Shown here: positions 38,197 through 50,390 of the stretch, one piece after another | How the letters are laid out: every line of letters begins with the position of its first letter | Numbering within the stretch: the stretch's first letter is position 1 | DNA from: Octopus sinensis | Taxonomy: Eukaryota | Assembly (NCBI RefSeq): GCF_006345805.1 | Contig: NC_043023.1 | Span: 7,254,001 to 7,318,000, forward strand | DNA: 64,000 nt | Direction of reading: 5' to 3' | Position numbers and translations under genes: made by a program | The notes under the pieces: model-generated | The model's input: the letters and a program-made list of their open reading frames with translations, nothing else | What the model was told of the DNA's origin: nothing | Database searches by the model: none

Positions 38197-38348
38197 TATA
38201 GTATTATAAAACGATAAGCAATTAATTAAACAGAAATTTTAGCAACAAAATCCTAAATTGACTCCCAGCAGCCATTTCAACACTACAAGCAAAGTACAGC
38301 TCTAGTGGCCCCTCCGATTTGTATTTCTGGCTCTTGAACCTTCCTTAA

Positions 38349-38815
38349 CCCTTTCGTTACTGTATTTTGAGATGCTGTGTTTCTTTCAATTACTTTAAAT
38401 ATAACAAAGAATTTAGTAAAATAACATCGTTATAATTAAGCTAGTGTTAGGAACATAAATTGTGACTAAGGCTTGGTGAAAGATTTTTATTCAGAACTTA
38501 CGAAAACAAGACATTTATACTACAGAGCCAGAACCAGTTTCAGCCAGGTTGGTATCAAAAGGGTTAAGAATTGTTTCTCTATTATATATTTTAACCCTTT
38601 CATTACTGTATTTATTTTGAGATGCTCTGTGTTTCTTTCATTTACTTTAAATATAACAAAGAATTTAGTGAAATAACTTAGTCATCATTCAGCTAGTGTT
38701 AGGAACATAAATTGTGACAAAGATTTGGTGGAAGATTTTAATTAAAACCTTAAGAAAACAAGACATTTGTACTACAGAGCCAGAGCCGGTTTCAGCCGGG
38801 TTTGTAACGAAAATG
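38349..38815. mobile_element. Two adjacent ~215-220-bp piggyBac-type MITEs (38349-38563, 38595-38815)
   Basis: TTAA flanks and CCCTTT...AAAGGG termini. A third copy lies at 43063-43284. Confidence 0.8.
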
Positions 38816-39257
38816 TTAATGGTAAACTCCAAAGAAAGGTAACCCTGGGTGGATTCATATGGTCATTAAAAACCGTCCAAGGGTGGTTGTGCACATCTTT
38901 ACATTTCCCCAGTCACCCCGCAAAGCCATTTAAAATTCAATAGAAGTGACTTTTTTGTGAAATTTCTATCCAAAACCCGATCAAAATGCCTGAAACTTGA
39001 TACGCCAATGGAATGCCAGCTAGCTGTATGTGATTGGTCGGAGATTTGGACAGTACTCGCATGTATGTGCGTGTGCACGCAGCTGTATATGCATGCACTA
39101 GCACTATGACCCAGCGTTGCCACGTCATAGTGCTAGTATTTACTATTTCTGTTACAATAATTAAATAGTAATTATAGCCCAGGGACAACCAAAGTGAGTG
39201 GATTTGGTATAGAGGGATTGATAGAAAGAAGACGCCATTTTGAATACGTACAAACAT

Positions 39258-39288
<31 letters not shown>

Positions 39289-39984
39289 CAACAATCAAGG
39301 AACGGCCATGATAGGCCATTCACCCACTAGAAATAACAGCCAAAGCTTCAACCGCAAATAAAGATTAATTCTGTAAACAGGAGAAAATTTAAAAAACATT
39401 TACCCTGTAATTTCTTGTACGATGCACCGTTTCATCTGCTGTTTAATGGTAAACTAACCTGATTAAATTAAATCAAGCCAATCTTCCATAGGCCCTCAGA
39501 TTCTTCAGCAAGAAATAGCCAAGTCGGAACAGATATTTTCACGAGGCATTTCCGACCCTGCCAAGGTAATATCTGACCTAAAATTTTCAAATCGTCGCAC
39601 TCGCGCCAAATTTATCGGCAGCAAATAAATATAAGCCGTCGATTCCATTACGGAATTAACCAGAAAATTCATAATTAATCAATATAGGGTGGCAAAAAAA
39701 TTTTGTAGAATTCTTTTTGCCACCAGCGGCCTAGTGGGAAAAAATTAAATAGTCATAGACCATTTTTAAGTTCAACATCAACAATCAAGGAACGGCCATG
39801 ATAGGCCATTCATAAATATATATATATATATATTATATATACACACACACACACACATACATATATACACATATACACACATATATATACACACATATAC
39901 ATACACATATACATATACATACACACATACATATACATACACACATACATATATATACACATATACATATATCATCATCATCAT

Positions 39985-40109
39985 CGTTTAGCGTCCGTTT
40001 TCCATGCTAGCATGGGTTGGACGGGTCAACTGGGGTCTGTGAAGCTGGAAAGCTTCGTCAGGCCCAGTCAGATCTGGCAGTGTTTCTACGGCTGGATGCC
40101 CTTCCTAAC

Positions 40110-40110
<1 letters not shown>
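39985..40110 (-). mobile_element. RTE 3' terminal fragment with (GAT)n tail
   Basis: (CAT)n CGTTTAGCGTCCGTTTTCCATGCTAGC... is as at 57968. Confidence 0.85.
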
Positions 40111-40685
<575 letters not shown>

Positions 40686-41039
40686 TTACATACACACACA
40701 TGTATGTAAGTGTCTAATTTAAAGGATTCGAAAAGGGTTTATTAACTTTCTTACCAGTTTGGGAACCTTCGATTTTATTTCGATTATGATGTTCATCATG
40801 CACGGCGGATTTTATTGCTTCTGCAACTGCCACGGAAATGACTAAAAAAAAATCGTTTTCAGATTTTACGTTTTATCAACTGGACTATTTACTATTTCTG
40901 TTAAAATAATTAAATAGTAATTAACAGGAGATGAAGTTACATGTTGTATACTGTGGAATTTTCGAGAGAAGTTATTGAAAATGTGGTTCTCAGTTCAATC
41001 GTTTAGCCAAAATGTTGCACATCATGTATACATATATAT

Positions 41040-41570
41040 ATATGCGTTCAACATCAGAATGTAAGCTACTGGGAAAGACTCAAGAGATTAAAACTATATT
41101 CCTTGGAGTGCAGGCGGGAAAGATATGCCATAATATACATCTGGAAGATCCTGGAGGGACGTATCCCAAACTTTGGCATCGAGAGTTACACAAATGCCAG
41201 AAGTGGGCGCCACTGCATGGTGCCTAGGACTCCAAATTTGCCATCAAGATGTAGGACAAGATACTGTGATAGCCTGGGCTTCCGAGGCCCACAGCTCTTC
41301 AATATCCTCCCGAAGAACCTGAGAGACCTGCATGGGGTAGATGCAGATGTCTTTAAAATGAAACTGGATCTCTTCCTGTCAGGTGTCCCAGATGAACCAA
41401 CTTCACGGCAGAAGGTGCAGATGAGGGCAGCTGCATCGAACTCTCTCATGCACCAAATGGCAGTTGCTAAAAAGCTTTCGTGAAGTAAAACCAAGTAGCA
41501 ACACCAAATGGCGGTGCCCCAGCATGGCCACAGCTCATAAGCTGAAACTAGAATCAATCAATCAATCAAT
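41040..41570 (+). mobile_element. CR1/L2-group LINE 3' fragment with (AATC)n tail
   Basis: ORF 41103-41483 (RRERYAIIYIWKILEG...SLGFRGPQLFN) is homologous to 3976-4443. Confidence 0.85.
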
Positions 41571-41890
41571 CAATGGAAATTGTAGCTGAGATACCAGTGC
41601 CGGTGGCACGTAAGAGAACCTTCTGAACGTGGCTGTTGCCAGCGCCGCTCCGACTGTCCTCCGTGCCGGTGGTACGTAAAAAGCACAATCAAATTGTTGC
41701 CGTTTGCCAGCCTCGTCTGGCACCTGTGCCGGTGGCATGTAAAAAGCACCCACTACACTCTCGGAGTGCTGGCATTAGGAAGGGCATCCAGCTGTAGAAA
41801 CACTGCCAGAACAGATTGGAGCCTGGTGCAGCCATCTGGTTCGCCAGACAGTCAAATCATCCAATCAGACATTAACCGATGATGATGATA
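41551..41890 (+). mobile_element. RTE 3' UTR inserted at the CR1 tail
   Basis: Matches the reverse complement of 57968-58347 and ends (GAT)n. Confidence 0.8.
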
Positions 41891-41904
41891 TATATATACA
41901 TTCA

Positions 41905-42213
41905 TTACTCTTTTACTTGTTTCAGTCATATTTGACTGCAGCTATGTTGGAGCACCGCCTTTAGTCGAGCAAATCGACCCCAGGACTTATTCTTTGTAAG
42001 CCTAGAACTTATTCTATCTGTCTCTTTGGCCAAACTGCTAAGTGACGAGGATGCAACAACACCAGCATTGGGTGTCAAGCGATGTTGGGGGGACAAACAG
42101 ACACACACACACATATATATATATATACACATATATACGATGGGCTTCTTTCAGTTTCCATCTACCAAATCCACTCACAAGGTTTTGGTTGGCCCAAGGC
42201 TATATAGTAGAAG

Positions 42214-42250
<37 letters not shown>

Positions 42251-42451
42251 TTGTGTGTCTGTGTTTGTCCCCCTAGCATTGCTTGACAACCGATGCTGGT
42301 GTGTTTACATCCCCGTCACTTAGCGGTTCGGCAAAAGAGACCGATATATTAAGAACTGGGCTTACAAAGAATAAGTCCCGAGGTCGATTTGCTTGACTAA
42401 AGGCGGTGCTCCAGCATGGCCGCAGTCAAATGACTGAAACTTGTAAAAGAG

Positions 42452-42452
<1 letters not shown>
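41905..42452. mobile_element. Two family-1 SINE bodies in inverted orientation (41905-42210 on -, 42245-42452 on +)
   Basis: The SINE tail motif is present on opposite strands at either end. Confidence 0.8.
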
Positions 42453-42483
<31 letters not shown>

Positions 42484-42600
42484 GCAATTAAGGACAACTA
42501 CTTAATAAGGAAAACTTAACAAGAAATTGTCAGGTAGATAGCGTAAAAACCTCATAAGAGAAAAAATTTCGAAAATAATTATTTCTTATTGAACATATTA

Positions 42601-42763
42601 ATTTATATATAGAGGGCATTATACATACATGCCAGAAGGCATTATACATACATGCCAAACGCTAAGAGGGACAATCAGTCCCTTTGGTAGAAATGACTGA
42701 TTGTCCCTCTTAGCGTTTGGCATGTATGTATAATGCCTTCTGGCATGTATGTATAATGCCCTC

Positions 42764-42774
<11 letters not shown>
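42601..42774. repeat. Perfect 80-bp-arm hairpin with 14-nt loop
   Basis: 42601-42680 is the reverse complement of 42695-42774. A ~23-bp duplication is mirrored in both arms. Confidence 0.92.
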
Positions 42775-42797
<23 letters not shown>

Positions 42798-43062
42798 ACA
42801 TACATACACACACAACACGTATATACACTTTGAAAATCCTGGTTGTCAGAACCCATTGATTCTTAAATGTTTTGAGACTGTCAAAATGATGATGATGATG
42901 ATCATGATAGAAGCACTGTTGTAATACAATTGTAGCCATATTGGCTAAAACCAAATAAATAACACAACATATTTATAAAAACAAAAATGAAAAAAAAAAA
43001 CCCAATGTAAGTGTTTGAAACAATTACTTCTAAAAAAAAAATGTTAAAGAAAAAGGATTTAA

Positions 43063-43284
43063 CCCTTTTGTTACCCTATTTCTGTTGAGATGCTCTGTGT
43101 TTCTTTCAATTAATTGTAACTATAACAAAGAGTTTAGTAAAATAACTTTGTTATCGTTCAGCCAGTGTTAGGAAGATAAATTGTGACTAAGGTTTGGTGG
43201 AAGATTTTAATTCAAAACTTATGAAAACAAGACATTTGTACTACAGAGCCAGAGGCGGTTTCAGGCAGGTTAGTATCAAAAGGG
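43063..43284. mobile_element. piggyBac-type MITE
   Basis: TTAA|CCCTTTTGTTAC...GTATCAAAAGGG|TTAA, the same family as 38349-38563. Confidence 0.8.
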
Positions 43285-43567
43285 TTAAGAAAGAAAATAA
43301 AATGAAAAATAAAAAAACTTACTGGAATATATAATATACTGTTTGAAGTCCATGATCTGAAAAAATATAAAAACAAAAATGAAATCTAATCGCCAGAGTA
43401 TGACCGATGTAATAAACTATTGATACTTACTTTTACAAAGGTGGTGACCTGGGTAAATGGTCAGCTTGCAGGACAATATGCTTGGAGGCATTCCATCGAT
43501 GTTTACATTCTTGGTTCAAATTCTGCCAAGTTAAGTTTATTTTTTGGCTCAAAAAGCAAGGCCATTT

Positions 43568-44142
43568 TTTCTTGGTTTTATTGAGAAAATTCTATAGTTT
43601 GTAACATATTTTCACTATAAAATCAAGCATTTTGGCAATTTTAACCAATCAAATACGTCCATTTGGAGTCAAAACATACCGTGCTGTATGAATATGTCCC
43701 TTGTTTAAGAAGCAGATTGGGTTTATTTACATTTATGAAGAAAAAAAGATACCCTAACCTAACCCTAAAATAGATTGAAATGCAATAGATCGATACCAGG
43801 GCCATAATTATGGGTGACAATTTCATATGACACCGCTAGAAAAAAATCCCATTTTCCGTAGCGATGTCGTATGAAATTGTCACCCATAATTATGGCCCTG
43901 GTATCGATCTATTGCATTTCAATCTATTTTAGGATTAGGGTTAGGGTTAGGCGAAGGGTATCTTTTTTTCTTCATAAATGTAAATAAACCCAATCTGCTT
44001 CTTAAACAAGGGACATATTCATACAGCACGGTATGTTTTGACTCCAAACGGATGTATTTGATTGGTTAAAATTGCCAAAATGCTTGATTTTATAGTGAAA
44101 ATATGTTACAAACTGTAGAATTTTCTCAATAAAACCAAGAAA
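43568..44142. repeat. ~275-bp-arm palindrome of a MITE half
   Basis: The left arm is the reverse complement of the right arm. The right arm is homologous to ~53960-54180 of the MITE at 53404-54285 and contains TTAGGG-like motifs. Confidence 0.88.
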
Positions 44143-46628
44143 GTGTTTTATTTTGACACATTCTACCAGTATACGAAGTTTAAAAGTGTTTAGTTAACTA
44201 GAAATTGTCTGCCGTTCAAAAGGAAAAGATCCAAAAAAATGTTTTATTTTGACACCTTCTACCAGTATACGAAGTTTAAAAGTGTTTAGTTAACTAGAAA
44301 TTGTCTGCCGTTCAAAAGGAAAAGATCCAAAAAAATGTTTTATTTTGACACCTTCTACCAGTATACGAAGTTTAAAAGTGTTTAGTTAACTAGAAATTGT
44401 CTGCCGTTCAAAAGGAAAAGATCCAAAAAAATGTTTTATTTTGACACCTTCTACCAGTATACGAAGTTTAAGAAGTTTAAAAGTTTAGTTAACTAGAAAT
44501 TGTCTGCCGTTCAAAAGGAAAAGATCCAAAAAAATGTTTTATTTTGACACCTTCTACCAGTATACGAAGTTTAAAAGTGTTTAGTTAACTAGAAATTGTC
44601 TGCCGTTCAAAAGGAAAAGATCCAAAAAAATGTTTTATTTTGACACCTTCTACCAGTATACGAAGTTTAAAAGTGTTTAGTTAACTAGAAATTGTCTGCC
44701 GTTCAAAAGGAAAAGATCCAAAAAAATGTTTTATTTTGACACCTTCTACCAGTATACGAAGTTTAAAAGTGTTTAGTTAACTAGAAATTGTCTGCCGTTC
44801 AAAAGGAAAAGATCCAAAAAAATGTTTTATTTTGACACCTTCTACCAGTATACGAAGTTTAAAAGTGTTTAGTTAACTAGAAATTGTCTGCCGTTCAAAA
44901 GGAAAAGATCCAAAAAAATGTTTTTTTGACACCTTCTACCAGTATACGAAGTTTAAAAGTGTTTAGTTAACTAGAAATTGTCTGCCGTTCAAAAGGAAAA
45001 GATCCAAAAAAATGTTTTATTTTGACACCTTCTACCAGTATACGAAGTTTAAAAGTGTTTAGTTAACTAGAAATTGTCTGCCGTTCAAAAGGAAAAGATC
45101 CAAAAAATGTTTTATTTTGACACCTTCTACCAGTATACGAAGTTTAAAAGTGTTTAGTTAACTAGAATTGTCTGCCGTTCAAAAGGAAAAGATCCAAAAA
45201 AATGTTTTATTTTGACACCTTCTACCAGTATACGAAGTTTAAAAGTGTTTAGTTAACTAGAAATTGTCTGCCGTTCAAAAGGAAAAGATCCAAAAAATGT
45301 TTTATTTTGACACCTTCTACCAGTATACGAAGTTTAAAAGTGTTTAGTTAACTAGAAATTGTCTGCTGTTCAAAAGGAAAAGATCCAAAAAATGTTTTAT
45401 TTTGACACGTTCTACCAGTATACGAAGTTTAAAAGTGTTTAGTTAACTAGAAATTGTCTGCCGTTCAAAAGGAAAAGATCCAAAAAATGTTTTATTTTGA
45501 CACCTTCTACCAGTATACGAAGTTTAAAAGTGTTTAGTTAACTAGAAATTGTCTGCTGTTCAAAAGGAAAAGATCCAAAAAATGTTTTATTTTGACACGT
45601 TCTACCAGTATACGAAGTTTAAAAGTGTTTAGTTAACTAGAAATTGTCTGCCATTCAAAAGGAAAAGATCCAAAAAAATGTTTTATTTTGACACGTTCTA
45701 CCAGTATACGAAGTTTAAAAGTGTTTAGTTAACTAGAAATTGTCTGCCATTCAAAAGGAAAAGATCCAAAAAAATGTTTTATTTTGACACGTTCTACCAG
45801 TATACGAAGTTTAAAAGTGTTTAGTTAACTAGAAATTGTCTGCCGTTCAAAAGGAAAAGATCCAAAAAAATGTTTTATTTTGACACGTTCTACCAGTATA
45901 CGAAGTTTAAAAGTGTTTAGTTAACTAGAAATTGTCTGCCGTTCAAAAGGAAAAGATCCAAAAAAATGTTTTATTTTGACACGTTCTACCAGTATACGAA
46001 GTTTAAAAGTGTTTAGTTAACTAGAAATTGTCTGCCATTCAAAAGGAAAAGATCCAAAAAAATGTTTTATTTTGACACGTTCTACCAGTATACGAAGTTT
46101 AAAAGTGTGTTTAGTTAACTAGAAATTGTCTGCCGTTCAAAAGGAAAAGATCCAAAAAAATGTTTTATTTTGACACCTTCTACCAGTATACGAAGTTTAA
46201 AAGTGTTTAGTTAACTAGAAATTGTCTGCCGTTCAAAAGGAAAAGATCCAAAAAAATGTTTTATTTTGACACGTTCTACCAGTATACGAAGTTTAAAAGT
46301 GTTTAGTTAACTAGAAATTGTCTGCCGTTCAAAAGGAAAAGATCCAAAAAAATGTTTTATTTTGACACGTTTTACCAGTATACGAAGTTTAAAAGTGTTT
46401 AGTTAACTAGAAATTGTCTGCCATTCAAAAGGAAAAGATCCAAAAAAATGTTTTATTTTGACACGTTCTACCAGTATACGAAGTTTAAAAGTGTTTAGTT
46501 AACTAGAAATTGTCTGCCGTTCAAAAGGAAAATATCCAAAAAAATGTTTTATTTTGACACGTTCTACCAGTATACGAAGTTTAAAAGTGTTTAGTTAACT
46601 AGAAATTGTCTGCTGTTCAAAAGGAAAA
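44143..46628. repeat. 96-bp satellite, ~26 copies, derived from a MITE terminus
   Basis: Unit AAAAAAATGTTTTATTTTGACAC(C/G)TTCTACCAGTATACGAAGTTTAAAAGTGTTTAGTTAACTAGAAATTGTCTGCCGTTCAAAAGGAAAAGATCC. GATCC occurs at 44228 and 44324. Confidence 0.95.
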
Positions 46629-47009
46629 GCTTCCCCCCACCAGAAAAAAAAACAAATTTACACATTGCGCATGTGCACGAAATACGGAACAGAAGGGTTA
46701 ATTGGCAACGGCGATCGGATTTATACAATGGTCCCTATGGCACCCTTGGAATGTTTGCTGCAATTTGCTCGTTTATATCTACTTTTGTTCATACATATTC
46801 TATCTCCTCTGTCTCTCAATATAACCGCCTTTCGTGGCCATCTCTCTCTCTCTCTCTTAATATAACTGTCTTCATTCGTCTTACTACCTACTTCCAGCTC
46901 TTTCACTCACTAAAGTTTAACGAACACGTAGATTACTAATATTAACTGTGGATTATGTTTCTCTGATCGATGCCATTGAAGTGTTAAAAATCTGGGAAAT
47001 TCTGAGTGA

Positions 47010-47378
47010 CTGTGTGGTATGTAGCTTGTTTACCAACCACATGGTTCCGGGTTCAGTCCCACTGCGTGACACCTTGCGCAAGTGCGTTCTACTATAGCCT
47101 CGGGCCGACCAAAGTCTTGTGAGTGGATTTGGTAGACGAAAATTTAAAAAAAAGCCCGTCGTATGTATGTATATATATGTTTGTGTGTCTGTCCACCCAA
47201 CATCGCTTGACAACCGATGCTGGTATGTTTACGTCCCCCGTAACTTAGCGGTTCGGCAAAAGCGACCGATAGAATAAGTACCAGGCTTACAAAGAATAAG
47301 TCCCAGGGTCGATTTACTTTACTAAAAGGCGGTGCTCCAGCATGGCCGCAGTCAAATGACTGAAACAAGTAAAAAAGA
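47010..47378 (+). mobile_element. Near full-length family-1 SINE
   Basis: Head with GGGTTCAGTCCC and tail GGCGGTGCTCCAGCATGGCCGCAGTCAAATGACTGAAACAAGTAAAA. Confidence 0.85.
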
Positions 47379-47412
47379 GAAAGATGTATATAAATATATA
47401 TATATATATATA

Positions 47413-47767
47413 CTAGCAGTATCGCCCGGCGTTGCTCAGGTTTGTAAGGGAAATAACTATAAAGCATTTTTAGAGAGCTATAGCCAAAAAATAGCAAAAA
47501 AATGGTAAATTTTTTATTTTAAATTAAAAAAGGTGGAGTTGCGTCCCCTAGACAGTTTGTGGTTTGTGTTTATGATTCTCGACCCCATGTCGAATTTATC
47601 GATTTTTTTCAGAACTGGGGGAACTTTTCAAAATTTTCGCTGCATTAGTTTTGAATTATGACATTGGGCTATGTGTGTGTCAAGTTTCATCAGAATCGGT
47701 TGAAAGCCGTGGTCAGGGTGAGGGTACAAGCAAACAGACACACAGAAGCACGCACAGACAAACTGCC

Positions 47768-47790
<23 letters not shown>
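47413..47790 (-). mobile_element. Short non-autonomous Helitron-like element
   Basis: 3' CTAG and GCAACGCCGGG hairpin. The 5' part matches 7270-7480. Confidence 0.8.
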
Positions 47791-47805
<15 letters not shown>

Positions 47806-47854
47806 CTAAGCGGCAATAATAAATCTTTGAACGAGATGTAAACAGTAACTGCAC

Positions 47855-48100
47855 GACAATGTGAGGTATACTAGCCATCTCAAAATATCTAACCACTAAG
47901 GGTGGGTGTTACTGTAGCTTGTAGCCCCAGGAGAACATCGTCTCCAGCTGGCTTTAGGCATACTTTCTGTGCCCAATACCATAAGAGCACAGGTGTGCCT
48001 AAAGCCAGCTGGAGACGATGTTCTCCTGGGGCTACAAGCTACAGTACCCCCCCCCTTGTGGTTAGCCATATTGAGATGGCTATAATACTTTACATTGTCG
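47855..48100. repeat. ~105-bp-arm imperfect hairpin (MITE-like)
   Basis: The inner core TACTGTAGCTTGTAGCCCCAGGAGAACATCGTCTCCAGCTGGCTTTAGGCA is perfectly mirrored. The outer arms are imperfect. Confidence 0.88.
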
Positions 48101-48116
48101 AGCGATTACTATTTAC

Positions 48117-48167
<51 letters not shown>

Positions 48168-48654
48168 TGTGTCTGTTTATTTACAACTATGATACGTACG
48201 CTCGTTATTTGTAATTCCCACTATATTCGTATTCCCCGTAGCCGAAAAAGTTGGGGTTGTGTCGAAATAATGTTAAAAATTTTTTTAAACGGTGGTTTTT
48301 AGAGGGGACGGGCGGAAATCTTGCCAACAAAGTTTGCAAACTTGTGTCGGTGTGTCTTCATTAAAAGAAACAGCCAACTTCCAAAATTCCACCACGTATG
48401 TGTTTACTTTGAATAGCTACGGCAAACTTCGTTAACCATTCAGCTATGCTCGTTCTCTTTCAACTGGAATTTAACCCCTGACCAACCCTAAATTACTAGA
48501 CATTTTGGTCGTGGCCATCCCGCTTTGTTGTAAATCCAATACTGCATTGTTCAGTTTGACTGAGAAAATGAGGAAAGAGAAGGAAAGAAAGGGACACAGA
48601 TGAGGACGAAGATGAAGAGACTCAAGGATTTCGTGAATGAAAAACAAAAAAATT

Positions 48655-48910
48655 ATGATAATGATAGTGATGGTGATGATGATGGTGGTGGTAATGATGA
48701 TGGTGGTGGTGGTGCTGATGATGGTGGTGGTCGTCGTCGTCGTGATGATGATGGTAATGATGATGGTGGTGGTGGTGGTGGTCGTGATGATGATGATGGT
48801 GATGGTGGTGGTGATGATGATGTGGTGGTGGTGATGATGATGGTGATGGTGGTGATGATGATGATGGTGGTGGTGATGATGATGATGGTGGTGGTGGTGG
48901 TGGTGATTGG
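48655..48910. repeat. (GAT/GGT)n compound trinucleotide tract
   Basis: Direct inspection. Confidence 0.9.
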
Positions 48911-50390
48911 CAATTTTAATTTCAATATCGCTTGTGGTGGTGGTCGCCGTAGTGATGATGGGAGTGGCTGGCAAGGAAGATGACAATGCTGATGGAAATA
49001 AAAAGTAAAACCAAGACAAAGAAAGGCAACGAACAAACAAACAAAACACAGTGATAAGGGAGTAAGGAAAGAAAGAGACGGAACATGCAGCTACTTTGTT
49101 GATCTTATATCTCACTACTCTCTCTTCACACGCACATGTCTATATCTATATCCTGCTCACACACTTTATCACTGTGCTACAACAAATCAATACATCATAC
49201 GGTATACCACAGATCAAAGCATTTAACAACATGCATGTAACAATATAACAGTGTTCAGTAACGACACAACAAGTCCAGATCAAATAATGTTCACGATACG
49301 TCACAGTCCAATCAGAACACTTCGATACATTATACAATGTTCGTATCACAACAATTCACGTTACAATTCAACAAGTCCTTTACTCAATTCACAATGTTCT
49401 TTCTTTATCGACTACATCACTTTTTCCAGAATTTCTTCCCTTTATTATTTTTTTTTTTTTGCGAAATACGGAGTTTATGATTCATGTGTGAGTGTGTGTT
49501 CTTGATACTCGTTTAGAACAAGTAGTTTTACACCAATTACACTATTTTTTCTTAGTTTAAAGGCCGTGGACTGAAGATGTGAAATTTCCGAAGCCTCTCC
49601 CCCACCCCCACCCCCGCGAGCGCGCATTTTTTTCATGATAGTCGTTTAGAGCAAGTTGTTTTACACCTATTACGCTGTTTTTGTTTTTGTGCCCGGTTCA
49701 GACGCTTTCGGAAATTCCCGATATAAATATTCCGAGGCCTCTCCCCCACCCCTCTTTCGCGAGAGCGCATTTTTTTTTTGTCATATTCGTTTAGAGCAAG
49801 TTGTTTTACATATTATTACACTATTTTTTTTTTGTTTTGGTGCCCGGGTCAGCTCCTCAGACGCTTTCGGAACTTCCCGATGTGAATTTTCCGAGGCCTC
49901 TCCCCCCACCCACCCTTCGCGTGCGCGAATTTTTTTTTTCATATTCGTTCATAGGAAGTTGTTTTACACCTATTACACACATTTTTTTTTTGATTTTCTG
50001 ATATTTGTTACGCCCTATATTAACCGGTTTATGTAATTATGGGTATGATGGGGGTACTTGCCGTGTATTTAGGTTGTTTAGAAAAAATTATTTATTTATT
50101 TTGTTTTGGAAAAAAAACCCTACATAACACACTCGCGCTAGGTAGTGGCTGTAGGATCGACTAGCAAGCGCTAGTACGCGAGTGCGCGCACCGGGACCAC
50201 TCTTCTTAAATAGTACCAATAATATTTCATAAAGCATGGATTAGATTCTGTAGGTTTAAAATTGGTTTTATGCAAGCAGGTATGTGTTTATCTATGCAGT
50301 CTGTGTATGGCTGTGGTGAGAGTTTTTCCCCTCTTTTACTTTTTTCAGTAAAATACATATGCGAATGGTAAAAGAAAAACTATTTATATT

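Noticed and set aside
43750-43950. Interstitial telomere (TTAGGG/CCCTAA)
   Set aside because: Only 2-3 imperfect units, and they are internal parts of the MITE (also at ~53730 and ~53965).
44143-46628. Regular array resembling a CRISPR locus
   Set aside because: Units are contiguous and near-identical with no unique spacers, the context is eukaryotic, and no cas genes are present. The same applies to the 42-bp and 74-bp arrays.
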